A DNA stretch of 64,000 nucleotides from an uncultured archaeon (GCA_964473825.1 CAYYQL010000002.1:160001-224000), one strand, 5' to 3'. Shown: positions 18,895 through 30,096, counted from the stretch's first letter. The notes: generated from the letters alone by a model not told the origin. A program made the numbers and translations.

Positions 18895-19654
18895 TTCTCT
18901 TACTCCTTGCTTCGTCAGGAATGAAAAGGTGAATTGGAACACCCCGTAGCAGGGGGCCTATCTCAGTGATAATGCCGGTTGCATTTGTAGTTCTCTTACA
19001 TACCAGACAATACTCGTGGCGTCCTAGATCTTCGATTTGATAGATATCATCTTGATGGCCAGATTGCTGCAGAGCACCATGAATCATTGCTAGACTGGAA
19101 CCGAGAACTAGCAGTCTATCGTGATCATCAGAAAGCCAGGAGTTGAATCTCTCGATTGTGGAGTCAGCAAGAGTTGCCTCCAGTGTTCTATCATGGGGGT
19201 TCTTATCAGCGATGATGATTCTAACAGGGAGATGCTCAACCAATGTCAGAGCGTCGGCAATACCCCTCACAGAAGCTCTCTCCATATTGATCTGACCGCG
19301 TAGTCGATGTAGAGGCACGAGGGCATCGATGAAAGCCGGTGTGATGACTCCAATGTCTACGTAGACTCCATAGCCTACATGACCAATGTCGATGAGTTGA
19401 CCGGTGTATTCGCTTCCAATCTCAATCTCATCGAAAGTGTGAGTCTGGCCATATTCCATCTCTAGTACATTCTTTAGGAACTCTTTGTCCTCCCCAATAG
19501 TCTGACATGTCAGATGACCTCGTTCGTCAGAACCGACATTTTGTATCCGGACCTGAAGGCTCTGTGTTTTATCCTCAAGGTCGGCCCTGAAGTTGGAGAG
19601 AAGCCGATTCCTGTATGCGCCATAGATCTTTGTGAAAAGAACCAGTTCTTTCAA
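18881..19654 (-). CDS. DUF2110-family protein
   Basis: G.VGYGVYVDIG...DALVPLHRLR motif; typical position next to tfe. Confidence 0.75.
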   Translation of the reverse strand: MKELVLFTKIYGAYRNRLLSNFRADLEDKTQSLQVRIQNVGSDERGHLTCQTIGEDKEFLKNVLEMEYGQTHTFDEIEIGSEYTGQLIDIGHVGYGVYVDIGVITPAFIDALVPLHRLRGQINMERASVRGIADALTLVEHLPVRIIIADKNPHDRTLEATLADSTIERFNSWLSDDHDRLLVLGSSLAMIHGALQQSGHQDDIYQIEDLGRHEYCLVCKRTTNATGIITEIGPLLRGVPIHLFIPDEARSKRNDKA

Positions 19655-19729
19655 GTAGATACCTCAGTAGTTTTTTCATGTACATGAAATGCGTTCATTT
19701 TCAGACAGAATACAATGAGAATGCTAGTT

Positions 19730-20257
19730 TCAAGTCGTACTTGTGGCCTCAAGGTCGGCTTTCAGCTCTTCTACTCGCTTGCGAAGAAAACTTATCGCCT
19801 TCTCGTTGTCAACGTATTCAAGTTGTCCATTACAGACAGGACATCTGAATGAAAGATTCATCGCCTCTTCAAAGGGTACAGGAGATGAGTCTCTATTCAC
19901 GCATGCATATAGGTCATTATTGGTTTCGTGCTCCAATCGCTGTTCAAGAAGATTCAGTACCATTCGTTTCTTCCTATTTACTAGAGCTTGTGCTTTGTTT
20001 GGATCGATTTTCCAGAAATAAAGAAACCACCCGGTATCGGTATCTCTTATTCTACGATATGATGCAAGGTGATTGTCATGAAGCTTGTACAGGATTCGAC
20101 GTACGACATTCAATTTGAGGTCGGTCTTCGTTGCGATTTCTTCATCAGTTGTTTCGTCAGAGTTGACAAGTACTGTGGCGACTTCAACGCCTTCCTTGCC
20201 GGCTATCTCCTCGACTACTAGTCTGAATAGGTCATTGTTGAAGCTGGGATGTGCCAT
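19730..20257 (-). CDS. tfe: Transcription factor E alpha
   Basis: TDEEIA...VRRILYKLHD wHTH, GWFLYFW, Zn ribbon C...FRCPVC. Confidence 0.95.
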   Translation of the reverse strand: MAHPSFNNDLFRLVVEEIAGKEGVEVATVLVNSDETTDEEIATKTDLKLNVVRRILYKLHDNHLASYRRIRDTDTGWFLYFWKIDPNKAQALVNRKKRMVLNLLEQRLEHETNNDLYACVNRDSSPVPFEEAMNLSFRCPVCNGQLEYVDNEKAISFLRKRVEELKADLEATSTT

Positions 20258-20445
20258 CTAGGTAATCACCTTAGTACGTGTCTGTTGGCCAGTTGACTAG
20301 ACATTGATGATATCCAAAATTGCCAAGCAGAGATTTGCACCAATTATATTATTAGATTGAATACTATATAAGAGCTCTGACCTGATGATGCTTTCCTCAG
20401 ACGATGAGTCTTGATATTGTGACCTTTTCGGGAGAAGTGGTTCTA

Positions 20446-21021
20446 CTAATTCCCCTTTTGTGATTTCTTTCTCTTCACCTTTACAACATCACCCAAAGTA
20501 GTGCCCTTGTAGGAATCCTTCTTGTACGTCTTGACTGGAACTGCTGTAATAGGTTCTAGAAGAGAGAGATCCAGCTCTCGTTCTAGACCTCGAATTGCTT
20601 TCTTTGTCGGTTTGAGCCGTCCAGATTCTATGGACTGCAAGGTCGTGATTCTTTCGCCTATCTTCTGTGCCAACTCATCCTGACTCAGTTTCGCTCGTTG
20701 TCGAGCAGTACGAATCTTCTTAGCATAGTCTTCCACAAGAATCATGTCATCTAGAGTAACGCCCCGAGAGTGGTTCTTCTTCGTTCTGTTGCGCTTCACA
20801 GGTGCATGAGTTGTCTGTGTGGAGGAAGGACTCCGACCCCGACTTCCTGACCAAGCGGGGCGGCCACTGGATCTTGTTGATGAAGTCGAGCTGTGTGGGC
20901 TCTTGGTAGCTCCACCGAATTTCATGGCACATTCGTAACAGACGAGCATCTCGGCGCCTTCAATCTTAACTTGACGACCTCTGCTTTTCATCTGTCTGCC
21001 ACATAGCTCACAACTGGGCAT
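20446..21021 (-). CDS. mbf1: Archaeal multiprotein bridging factor aMBF1
   Basis: CELCG...VCYEC Zn ribbon, LVEDYAKKIRTAR HTH, TLGDVV tail. Confidence 0.93.
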   Translation of the reverse strand: MPSCELCGRQMKSRGRQVKIEGAEMLVCYECAMKFGGATKSPHSSTSSTRSSGRPAWSGSRGRSPSSTQTTHAPVKRNRTKKNHSRGVTLDDMILVEDYAKKIRTARQRAKLSQDELAQKIGERITTLQSIESGRLKPTKKAIRGLERELDLSLLEPITAVPVKTYKKDSYKGTTLGDVVKVKRKKSQKGN

Positions 21022-21271
21022 TAGATTGTCCTCTGGTAGCAGAACATCACTTCTGGAATCTTAAAAACATCTTGATTTCCTAGTCATTTTGTCAGAAAAA
21101 AGTGTCAGATATGTGTAAGATTTCCTCCTTGCTGACACGTAGTCTTGAACACTCTCAGGGGAGGGATGGAACGCAGAAGTCTCTTACAGGTGACGTTCAC
21201 TCACCAAATTGTAAGAAACGGATTATTATCAACTCACCATTAATCCTCAAAGGGTGATTCTGCAAGATATC

Positions 21272-21288
21272 GTATTACTGATATTACA
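21272..21288. promoter_or_regulatory. GTAATAC-family heptad pair (leftmost member of a dispersed array)
   Basis: GTATTAC-tg-ATATTAC with 9-bp period, in the mbf1/pan divergent intergenic region. Confidence 0.5.
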
Positions 21289-21366
21289 ATAGAGTAAAAT
21301 GGCGCCGTAACCCTCAAAGATAGCCTTAAAAAACTAGTAGTTGATGAGGAGTTGAGGTGCTACTGC

Positions 21367-22569
21367 ATGCCAGGTACTACCGATGCTAAGAAAGATGGAA
21401 GCCTAGATGACTCGTCGTATACACAAAGCTATACACGACACCTTGAGCGTCGACTTAGGGCATTGGAAACAGAGAAACAGATTCTACAGGCAGAGCGCAG
21501 TAGGCTTGAGAAAGAAACACAGACACTTAGAACCGAGCTCGAAAAGCTCAGACAGTCACCACTGATAACTGCAACAATAATTGACATGTTAGAAGACGGA
21601 AGAGCGATAGTGAAGAGCTCCACAGGACCGAATTTCGTTGTTCATGTCGCTTCATCAATCTCAAGAGATAAACTACGCTCCGGTATGAGAGTTGCTCTGA
21701 ATCAGAGATCGTTTTCTGTCACTCAGGAGCTTCCACCTTCGCGCGACCCGATGATTCGTGCCATGGAGATTGAGGAAGCGCCGGATGTATCATATGTGGA
21801 CATAGGTGGTCTCAGAGAGCAAATAGATGAAATCAAAGAAACAGTTGAGTTGCCGCTCTTGAAACCCCATGTTTTTGCTGAGGTGGGTGTTGAACCTCCA
21901 AAGGGTGTTCTTCTAACGGGACCTCCGGGAACCGGGAAGACGCTGTGCGCACGTGCAGTTGCCCATGAAACCAATGCCACATTTATCCGTGTTATCGGAT
22001 CTGAGTTAGTCCAGAAATTCATAGGCGAGGGAGCACGACTCGTGAGAGAAATCTTCATGTTGGCAAAGGAAAAGGCTCCCGCGATTGTCTTTGTTGACGA
22101 GCTGGACGCAGTAGGGTCTCATCGGCTAGATATTGCAACTTCAGGGGACAGGGAGGTTCAGCGAACACTCATGCAGCTTCTCAGCGAGCTGGATGGCTTT
22201 GAAGCTAGGGGGCAGGTGGCAGTTCTAGGCGCCACCAATAGACCAGATATTCTGGATCCGGCCCTGCTTAGACCAGGCCGTTTCGATAGGATAATCCAGT
22301 TCCCAAAGCCAGATAGTCATAGTCGACTTGAGATATTCAAGATTCATACACGTGGAATGAAACTAGATTCTGAATTGGACTTCGGTTTCTTGGTGTCTGC
22401 AACTGAGGGAACCACCGGGGCCGACATCAAGGCAATCTGCACGGAAGCAGGAATGTTCACAATCCGAGATAGTAGAGTCTGTGTTGGTCAGGAAGATTTT
22501 CGGAAAGCAATAAACAAAGTACAGACACGCGGTACAGGTGATCAAGCCCCTAGCGGAATCTATTGTTGA
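21367..22569 (+). CDS. pan: Proteasome-activating nucleotidase
   Basis: N-terminal coiled coil, GPPGTGKT, DELDA, DPALLRPGRFDR, C-terminal HbYX (IYC). Confidence 0.97.
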   Translation: MPGTTDAKKDGSLDDSSYTQSYTRHLERRLRALETEKQILQAERSRLEKETQTLRTELEKLRQSPLITATIIDMLEDGRAIVKSSTGPNFVVHVASSISRDKLRSGMRVALNQRSFSVTQELPPSRDPMIRAMEIEEAPDVSYVDIGGLREQIDEIKETVELPLLKPHVFAEVGVEPPKGVLLTGPPGTGKTLCARAVAHETNATFIRVIGSELVQKFIGEGARLVREIFMLAKEKAPAIVFVDELDAVGSHRLDIATSGDREVQRTLMQLLSELDGFEARGQVAVLGATNRPDILDPALLRPGRFDRIIQFPKPDSHSRLEIFKIHTRGMKLDSELDFGFLVSATEGTTGADIKAICTEAGMFTIRDSRVCVGQEDFRKAINKVQTRGTGDQAPSGIYC

Positions 22570-22597
22570 ATGGAATAGTCCAGTAATTGTGAAGTGA

Positions 22598-23425
22598 ATG
22601 AGATACCGTACTTATCTTGAGCGTGAATTGAAAGGGCAAATCCCCGAAGGTGCAAGAATACCTAGAGGCTATCACCTCATAGGACATGTCATCCTACTTG
22701 AGGTTGATCTATCACTACGGGGTTTTATACAGGAAATTGCTGAGTTGAGTCTTGCTTATGAATCACGAGCCAAGAGTATTCTCGTCCGGAATGGGCCAAC
22801 TTCTGGTGAGCATAGAATACCATCATATCGATTCATAGCGGGGGATCCAAATACAGAAACGGAACATATAGAGAATGGGGTTCGATTCAGGCTGGACCCG
22901 ACCAAGGTGACCTTCTGTGGTGGAAATCGAGCTGAACGAATACGTATGGGGTCTAGCGTTCACGAGAATGAACGGATTGTTGATATGTTCGCTTGTGTGG
23001 GACAGTTTGGAATTCATTTTGCCAAGACGGGAGGAGCAGAAGTTACGTGTATAGAGATTAATCCTGAAGCATTTCGGTATTTGGAGAAGAACATTGTGCT
23101 TAATGGAGTAGAGAACAGAGTTCGGGGCATCTTAGGAGATTGTAGAGAAAAGGTACCAAGAGAATGGGCTGATAGGATTGTCATGGGGTATCTAGACAAT
23201 ACTTGTGACTACTTGCCGTATGCTTTCAAAGCGTTGAAAGCTGGTGGCGGGGTTGTCCATATGCATATTTCGGCACCACTGCACGAGAGAGATTCTATTG
23301 GGAGGACCATAGGTTCGATAGGACTAGCAGCTGGCTTCTCAATATCTTATAATGTACGAGAAATCAAGAGCTACGCACCGGGTATCGTACATCTGGTGTA
23401 TGATGTTGACGCAATTCCATCCTAG
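22598..23425 (+). CDS. Trm5/Taw2 (Met-10+) family tRNA-modifying SAM transferase
   Basis: HIENGVRF, ERIRM, DMFACVGQF, EINPEA, ADRIVMGY, IKSYAPG. Confidence 0.88.
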   Translation: MRYRTYLERELKGQIPEGARIPRGYHLIGHVILLEVDLSLRGFIQEIAELSLAYESRAKSILVRNGPTSGEHRIPSYRFIAGDPNTETEHIENGVRFRLDPTKVTFCGGNRAERIRMGSSVHENERIVDMFACVGQFGIHFAKTGGAEVTCIEINPEAFRYLEKNIVLNGVENRVRGILGDCREKVPREWADRIVMGYLDNTCDYLPYAFKALKAGGGVVHMHISAPLHERDSIGRTIGSIGLAAGFSISYNVREIKSYAPGIVHLVYDVDAIPS

Positions 23426-23506
23426 ATGCAGTATAACGTAATCGTTTTATCATCACAACTGGGAGCTAGCTACTAGAAGTAAACCGGTTATGACGAGGAA
23501 TTCAGA

Positions 23507-23890
23507 ATGGGATTCAGAGGAGTGTCACCAAAGCAGCTTGCACGAATGATGAAGAAGATGGGTATTGAACAGAAGGAGGTGCCCGGTGCCAAAGAAGTGA
23601 TTATTCGATTTGAGGACAAGGAATGGGTGATAAACAGTCCACAGGTGACTATGGTCAAACAAGGGGGTTCCGAGACCTATCAGATTGGAGGAGATCGCTC
23701 CGAACGAGGTCTTACAACAGGAAGTGCTCCTGAGAAACGTGAGGAATCGAAAGAGCAGGAGATTGAAATCCCAATGGAAGATGCAGCTCTTGTGGCTAGT
23801 CAAGCTGGCGTCGATGTGGAACGAGCAAAAGAGGCTCTGAAAGAAACAAAGGGCGATCTTGCAGCTGCAATTCTTAGACTAAAATCGTAA
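23507..23890 (+). CDS. nac: Nascent polypeptide-associated complex protein
   Basis: MMKKMGI..EVII NAC domain and UBA-like EDAALVASQAGV..GDLAAAIL. Confidence 0.95.
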   Translation: MGFRGVSPKQLARMMKKMGIEQKEVPGAKEVIIRFEDKEWVINSPQVTMVKQGGSETYQIGGDRSERGLTTGSAPEKREESKEQEIEIPMEDAALVASQAGVDVERAKEALKETKGDLAAAILRLKS

Positions 23891-24163
23891 TATTGGTATT
23901 ACAATTCAAGCATATCTTGGATTTGGTGATAATTCCGTTGATGGTTACATCAGCTCTAAGATTTAGGACTCGCCGTGCTTTTCGGCAATCTTCAGTTCGG
24001 TCTTGAAACCAGAAACATTGCATGTGCTGTTGTTGTAACATAGGGGTGTCATTCATTCGATTTGTGAATGGATTGAAGCATTAATCATAGCTGCTATGTG
24101 GCTCCGGCAACCCTGAGATGTCCATCTTCGTCCAAGTATTCTATAGTTGCTGGTGTGCCCTGA

Positions 24164-24442
24164 CTATGCGAAAGTGTATGCAAGTGCAGATACTAGAATC
24201 ATGAAGATACAGACAAGAATCCATTGTCTTAGGTACCTCTTGGTAAGTTTTGGACGCTCATTGATTTGACCAGTCACTATTAGAGTCATTGCGGAGATGA
24301 AGAGAAAAGCAAAAGGCAATGACACCGAGCTCGTGCTGAGTGGGGTATCAGTTATCACTATTATTGCAGCAAGACCACCAAAGATGAGAAAGGAGATGAT
24401 CATCAGCGAGTTTAGTACGTGTCGGACCCTATCAGTATTCAT
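24164..24442 (-). CDS. Small three-TM membrane protein
   Basis: Three hydrophobic segments, ATG start. Confidence 0.7.
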   Translation of the reverse strand: MNTDRVRHVLNSLMIISFLIFGGLAAIIVITDTPLSTSSVSLPFAFLFISAMTLIVTGQINERPKLTKRYLRQWILVCIFMILVSALAYTFA

Positions 24443-24661
24443 TTTATCTGGCTCCGTGAATTCTGGCCAGGTGTTTCAGGAATCGGACACTAGAAAAAGA
24501 TTGTGTAATCTGCTCGTTTGCTTGCAGGTCCCTTGAGAAAGGATCGGGATTTGTAGAGTGTGTTTATGAGGGAATGTAGCCGCATTGCTTATAACACAAT
24601 GTTGTATTACAAGAACTACTCTTGATACAGTATGTTAGTTTCGACTTCAGAGGTCTAGAAC

Positions 24662-25636
24662 ATGACAATTGCAATTCACGAGTCGGCTCTGATCCGGCAC
24701 TTCAATACGCGCAAAGAAACTCTTCGTATGTGGGAAGAGAAGATCGGCTGTAGGTTCTCTCCCTTCCGTGGATTCAAGATGCCAGATAGCCGGTTGTACG
24801 TTGAACATCCCGATTTCTTAGATGCAATAGTTGACTTAGTCTTGACAAATGAGAGACATATATTTCTCCGTGGAGCTGTTGGTTCGGGCAAGAGCACACT
24901 GATGCTTTTAGCCTTGCGAGACCTACCAACACTTGCTGATAGAAGAGGTAACAAGTTCGTCACTGGATATGTGGGCATGACAGGACTTTATGAGAAACAG
25001 ATGGCTGCGGCAATCGCTGATTCTTTGCGTATCAAGTATCGACGTTCTTGGGAGTCTAGTCAGATAATCGAGGCAGTAGCAGAAGAGTGTCTCAGACGAT
25101 ACGTAGAGGAAAACAGTAGAACCGCACTGTTCATTGAAGATGTTGCTGATAACCAGGAAGCAGCATTTCACAAACTGCGATTCCTCGCAGACTTGCCTAC
25201 TGAGGAGATGGTTGAGGAACATCCTGAACCATTGGATGAGCCTATTGTCACTCTGATTATGTCAGGTACAGCCGAATACTGGAATGCTATGCTGAACTTT
25301 CTCCCCCAAATAGCAGATAGGACCGAACCATTGGATGTGCCACCTTTGGAAGATGCCAAGGCAAAGGAATTCATTGGTAGAAGAATTGCTTATGCGCGGG
25401 GGAACATAGATGAATTTGACAAGAACGATTTTGACATCAGCCCATTCAGTGAGGAGGCAATCGAGATAATCAATGATGCAGCTGGCGGTAACCCGCGGGA
25501 TATACGGATGCTTGCTAGAGGCTGTCAGCAAGTTGCCGCAGAGAATTTCAAACAACGAGGCGATCCAACAGTTGGCCGGGAGATAGCCAGTCTTGTTGCT
25601 GATGCTTATGATACCATACTCAGAGAGGTGCGCTAA
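24662..25636 (+). CDS. AAA+ ATPase (ExeA/TnsC/Cdc6-like architecture), function unknown
   Basis: Walker A GAVGSGKST, Walker B LFIEDV, sensor-I IMSGT, Arg finger QIADR, sensor-II GGNPRDI. Confidence 0.85.
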   Translation: MTIAIHESALIRHFNTRKETLRMWEEKIGCRFSPFRGFKMPDSRLYVEHPDFLDAIVDLVLTNERHIFLRGAVGSGKSTLMLLALRDLPTLADRRGNKFVTGYVGMTGLYEKQMAAAIADSLRIKYRRSWESSQIIEAVAEECLRRYVEENSRTALFIEDVADNQEAAFHKLRFLADLPTEEMVEEHPEPLDEPIVTLIMSGTAEYWNAMLNFLPQIADRTEPLDVPPLEDAKAKEFIGRRIAYARGNIDEFDKNDFDISPFSEEAIEIINDAAGGNPRDIRMLARGCQQVAAENFKQRGDPTVGREIASLVADAYDTILREVR

Positions 25637-25927
25637 GTGAGTCTACTAGGAAAATACAGAAAGGAATCTGAGAAGGAGGAAAGCGAAGCTGCTTCTGATA
25701 CCACTACAAGGGTTCGTAAGGAAGAAGAAACACGGGAATCGGTTCCGAACAAAGAACGGAAGAGTCCTATTGTCTCTTTTTCGATTGATGCAGATCTTAG
25801 AGAGTGCCTACAAGCTATCAGGAAGGCAAAAGCAATCAATCTGAGTATGTGGGTTGAGAAGAAGTTGAAAGCTGCAGTCTTCAGCGAGTTCCCACGAATA
25901 GCTGAGCAGTTCTTGGAATCTACCTGA
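25637..25927 (+). CDS. Putative ribbon-helix-helix DNA-binding protein with charged disordered N-tail
   Basis: IVSFSI strand, helix, INLSMWVEKKL second helix; starts immediately after the ATPase stop codon. Confidence 0.7.
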   Translation: MSLLGKYRKESEKEESEAASDTTTRVRKEEETRESVPNKERKSPIVSFSIDADLRECLQAIRKAKAINLSMWVEKKLKAAVFSEFPRIAEQFLEST

Positions 25928-26042
25928 TTATGTAGCACATTGACCTTCCCGATTGCCTTCTCGAGAGAGTTGTTAAGGCATCCGGCTAGAGTACTGCTCA
26001 ATTGGGAACCTCTGATTAGTAGATTCACTGTAACTCAGATAT

Positions 26043-26058
26043 GTAATAACCGTAATAC
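26043..26058. promoter_or_regulatory. GTAATAC heptad pair downstream of the ATPase-RHH operon
   Basis: GTAATAA-cc-GTAATAC, 9-bp period. Confidence 0.5.
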
Positions 26059-26060
26059 AG

Positions 26061-27434
26061 TTATTTCTTGGTGGCCTTGTGCATCTCGGCAAATTGGGTG
26101 ATACGATCCATACAGAGAATAGCGGTGGATGGATCATCATAACATGGGATTCTGTTCATCTCAAGCAAATCCTTACCCGGTTTTCCAACATCGCCAGCAA
26201 GCCAGACACCCACAACAGGTTTGTTGGTTCTAGATGTCCTTACACCCTCTAAGGTGCCAGCCGCGTGTTCGGTCTGTGTCATCCCTGCAAATGTAGGGAC
26301 ACCGCAGAGCACAAGAAGCATGTCGATGCTTGGATCGCGCAGCATAAGTTCGGTGGCCACTCTGTATTCTCTTCTCCCACCACTTGCCACTACATCTACA
26401 GGATTGTCAGTCGCTGCCATAGGTGGCAGGACTTCGTATAGTCTATCGCGAGTTTCTGAAGAAAGATGTGGAATCTCTAGCCTGTATCGTGAGGCTTCAT
26501 CTGTGGCCAAGACCCCTGCGCCTCCTGTATTACTAATAATACCAATATTACGACCCATCGGAAGTGGTTGGTAATCAAAGAGCTTCGCGATTTCGAATAG
26601 AGTATCTAGAGTGGGAGCTGTTACACAGCCAGCCTGACGGATTGCCGCCCCGAAGACCTTGGAAGAGCCAGCAAGAGATCCTGTGTGGGATTTCGTAGCC
26701 CGTGCGCCAGCTTTACTCGTGCCACCTTTCAGGACAACAACTGGTTTCCTTTCGGAAGCTCGCTTCAATGCTTGGTATAGCGCACGTCCTTTCTCAACTC
26801 CTTCGACATAGACAGTTATCACTGTGGTCTTTGAGTCATTGCGCAAGTAGTCAAGTAGTTCCACAAAACCGACATCAGCTGCGTTGCCTATGCTTGCAAA
26901 CTTGCTCATGCCAATTCTTTTTGCACGAGTTGTGTAGATTATCATTCCTCCGAGAGCACCACTCTGCGAAATCAGGGCTATATTACCTCGTTCAGGCATC
27001 ATCGTGAATGTGCCGTTGAAGAGACGGCTGTTTGAAACTCCGACACAATTAGGTCCAATTATTCTGACATCTGATTCCTTCGCGGCTTTGACTAGCTTGT
27101 TCTCAAGGATTGCCCCTTCTTCGCCTACTTCACTGAATCCACCAGATATTATCACTGCGTTCCTAGCTCCTGTTTCACGGATGTCCTTCATCAGTGATGG
27201 ACAGTATTTCGCAGCGATAGCTACAATGACCAGATCAACAGGTTCTGGAATCTCTTTGAGACTCTCGTAGGCCTTCACTCCCATGACCTGTTCTCGACTC
27301 CGCGTTACTGGATAACTGTCTAGTTCAGAAGCAAGGAGATTCATAAGCAGAGAATTTCCCAGTTTCCGGTAATCGGCAGAGGCCCCGACTAGAGCGACTC
27401 TTCTTGGATTGAAGAAGGGGTCAATGTCTGACAT
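26061..27434 (-). CDS. acdA: ADP-forming acyl-CoA synthetase alpha subunit (ACD)
   Basis: VALVGAS, IIGPNCVG, SQSGA, SHTGSLAG phospho-His, NTGGAGV, NPVDV; start reassigned to MSDID. Confidence 0.92.
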   Translation of the reverse strand: MSDIDPFFNPRRVALVGASADYRKLGNSLLMNLLASELDSYPVTRSREQVMGVKAYESLKEIPEPVDLVIVAIAAKYCPSLMKDIRETGARNAVIISGGFSEVGEEGAILENKLVKAAKESDVRIIGPNCVGVSNSRLFNGTFTMMPERGNIALISQSGALGGMIIYTTRAKRIGMSKFASIGNAADVGFVELLDYLRNDSKTTVITVYVEGVEKGRALYQALKRASERKPVVVLKGGTSKAGARATKSHTGSLAGSSKVFGAAIRQAGCVTAPTLDTLFEIAKLFDYQPLPMGRNIGIISNTGGAGVLATDEASRYRLEIPHLSSETRDRLYEVLPPMAATDNPVDVVASGGRREYRVATELMLRDPSIDMLLVLCGVPTFAGMTQTEHAAGTLEGVRTSRTNKPVVGVWLAGDVGKPGKDLLEMNRIPCYDDPSTAILCMDRITQFAEMHKATKK

Positions 27435-27843
27435 ATTGGGATGGCACAATTGTGTTTGATTTATGTCTGTCGTAGGTTGGCCACCTTTGAAGTTCAATTC
27501 TCAAATCCGACCGATAAGATGTGAAGATGCAAGATGTTGTAATACTATTATTATGACTAATAGAGTCGTAGGGAGGGAGAGATCGGTACTGTCTTTTTTC
27601 CTCCACGTATACACCCATGATGCGATTTCGTTCTTCCGTGAAATAACGGAGGATATTCGCCAATGTCATGACAATCCTTTTCAGCATTTAACGGTCAGTC
27701 GTATACAAAATTGTATCCGCTGAAACGAACAGAAATAGAGTAAGTTGAAGGAGCCCTCATAACTCTTTATTTATAGTTTGAAGAGTTATGGGCTCTGTTA
27801 CGAAATGCCTCTATTAGAGGTAACATGATTCATAGGTGGAAGA

Positions 27844-28395
27844 TTGAAAATGACCGGTTCTGACCAGAAACGAAGTAGTACAAAAGCTGTTGCATCAAAT
27901 GTGAAGAAGACTTTGAAGGAGCCTATACTACAAGGGCTACTTGACCGGAGTGGCTTGACCGAAGTGCAGCTAGAAACCCTATTGATTGATCTGGTCATAG
28001 AAGATCTGATTGATGGCAGTGTGCCCTATGAGAAGAAGGCATCTCTAAGGTCTCGAGAAGGCAGTAGATCACTGGGAGTGAGTCGGGGGGCATTCAATCG
28101 TACTTTGCACCAAGCGCGGCGGAATGTAACCAAGGCAGTGCATACTATGCTTCTTCTTGCCTATCTTGATTTATTCGATCTGAATATCTTTCGTCCTTTC
28201 GAAGAAGTTGCAGGGGAAATCCGGAAATATCGAAACATCAGAGATGTGTTAGCTGGCAGAGCAGAGCTCTCAGCCGAGGATTTAGAGAGTTATCGTACAG
28301 CAGAAAGAGCAATCATAAGCGCTGTTGATGACCTTACATCTCCGCTCATTTTGAAATCTGAGAATTCGAAAAAACAGGCAGGCTTCGGACGTTAA
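27844..28395 (+). CDS. Conserved-looking hypothetical protein with HTH-like segment
   Basis: LTEVQLETL...GVSRGAFNRTLHQARRNV recognition-helix-like motif. Confidence 0.7.
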   Translation: MKMTGSDQKRSSTKAVASNVKKTLKEPILQGLLDRSGLTEVQLETLLIDLVIEDLIDGSVPYEKKASLRSREGSRSLGVSRGAFNRTLHQARRNVTKAVHTMLLLAYLDLFDLNIFRPFEEVAGEIRKYRNIRDVLAGRAELSAEDLESYRTAERAIISAVDDLTSPLILKSENSKKQAGFGR

Positions 28396-28817
28396 GGTAT
28401 GTAATATTTGTAATACTGTCATCTTGGGTTTGAATAGAGAGCATCAGTCAAGAACTAAAAAAGAAAAATGGCACGAGTGTGCCGCGCTGAAGCAATCAGG
28501 CATGTTCCAACCGTTGCTACGGAATCATCTTGGAGGTTTGTGTTTGAGGAGATAGAGATGCCGTAACTGACGATTGAAGATCCGGGAAGGACCTAGCCGT
28601 CATTATCTCTATCAACACGACACACTCACTATTATTGTGGGATACGGGTATACATAGTTCTAATCCTAGAACGAGGATTTTCCGCTTGGATTTGTGCGAC
28701 TTTCTGTCTTTGGCATTCCAGTTTCTCCGCATAATACTTGTAATACAGTATCGTGATAGAGAAGAATCCTTATTCGCAAGATGTTAGGACTGTTTGAGCG
28801 GCACAATCGCGTCTTAG

Positions 28818-30050
28818 GTGATACAAGTGAGTGGAAAACGACGCCTAGATGAATTGCGCAAAAGGGCAGAACAACACTCTAGGAATTCGGAAAAAGCACG
28901 AGTTCAAGAATCCATCACAAATGCAATCGGTGATAGAAGAGGAAGGGATCTTGTAGACCAGATTTCGAAGATTGAGAAGCATTCAGGATGGGAGCATGTG
29001 GTGGAGGTATTGGCTTCAGCGCGGCTTGCAGAGTATTCTACTCCTATAGCACTCGGATTCCAGAAGAGGAAGCTGGAACCGTTGAAGTTCAGAGAGGTGT
29101 TGTTCGGACTCTTTTCATGTTCAGGTTTTGAACCGATAGATGTTCCCACCGAAGAGATTCTTAATCAGCTTTATGAAGTTGATAGTTTCGTTAAGGCGAA
29201 CACTCTATTCCGGGCTCTTATTGAAAATCATGCTTCGAATCAGATTAAATCAGGAGACCTGTTATTCTTCTCAGGGGACTCGTGGAATTCTGACATAACT
29301 GAGAGAGTCAACTCGCTACAAGAGAGTCAAATGGAGAATTTTGTTCTACCCAGTGTGAATGAGAATGTTCAACTACAGAAACTATGGAGGACAGAGTTAG
29401 GACGCCGCCTGCTTGCTAATCTAGGTGTGAAAGGGACTATCCTCAATCTCGATAGTGATGTAATACAGATATTAACTGTATCATTTCCTGGTTTGACAAC
29501 GACAACAGAGAAACAAGTGAAGGCCAACTCACAGATACCTAACGTTCCTTCCCTTCCGGTTTATGACCGTCTGCTTACGGCTATTATTGAGCATGAGATA
29601 GAAGATCTCCGGAACCTAGGTAGTCAATGGGCATATCCAGTTCTTGACTACTACGTGAGTGAGTCACTGAGAGATTATTTGGAAAGTGATAGTCCAGAGG
29701 AGTATCGGCGATATCTGAGTGGTCTCAATGCACATATTGCGGTCCGTGCTGTTGAATCGATATCTACGTTCCAGAAACTCATAGAAAGAATTGACGTCCC
29801 TAGAGTTTCAGAGCCAGCAGCACTTGCCCTGGGAAACTTCTTCACTGAACCAGCCATCGCTGTTCTCTTGGAAAAAGTCTGTTCTACGTTAGATGAAACA
29901 AGCGAAGCTGCTCTGAGAGCATTGCAACGGATTCATGACTTTACACCCGAAGCTGAGCCAATGATAAGACTGGCAGCTGAGACCAACTGCAGGTCAGCTG
30001 CAAGACTGAATGCAATACTGGAAACACGTATTTGGAGCTCATCGCGTTGA
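28818..30050 (+). CDS. Hypothetical alpha-helical protein with C-terminal HEAT-like repeats
   Basis: 410-aa ORF; AALALGNF and AALRALQRI HEAT-like segments. Confidence 0.65.
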   Translation: MIQVSGKRRLDELRKRAEQHSRNSEKARVQESITNAIGDRRGRDLVDQISKIEKHSGWEHVVEVLASARLAEYSTPIALGFQKRKLEPLKFREVLFGLFSCSGFEPIDVPTEEILNQLYEVDSFVKANTLFRALIENHASNQIKSGDLLFFSGDSWNSDITERVNSLQESQMENFVLPSVNENVQLQKLWRTELGRRLLANLGVKGTILNLDSDVIQILTVSFPGLTTTTEKQVKANSQIPNVPSLPVYDRLLTAIIEHEIEDLRNLGSQWAYPVLDYYVSESLRDYLESDSPEEYRRYLSGLNAHIAVRAVESISTFQKLIERIDVPRVSEPAALALGNFFTEPAIAVLLEKVCSTLDETSEAALRALQRIHDFTPEAEPMIRLAAETNCRSAARLNAILETRIWSSSR

Positions 30051-30096
30051 TTGCGGCCAATCGTATTACAAGTATTCCTTATAATACGTGACGTTC

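Noticed and set aside
24662-25636. ATPase as ParA/SegA or as Tn7-like TnsC of a transposon
   Set aside because: Lacks the deviant Walker A of ParA; no transposase, TniQ or terminal repeats nearby
28517-28732. 71-aa minus-strand ORF
   Set aside because: No recognisable features; its start overlaps a heptad site; probably non-coding
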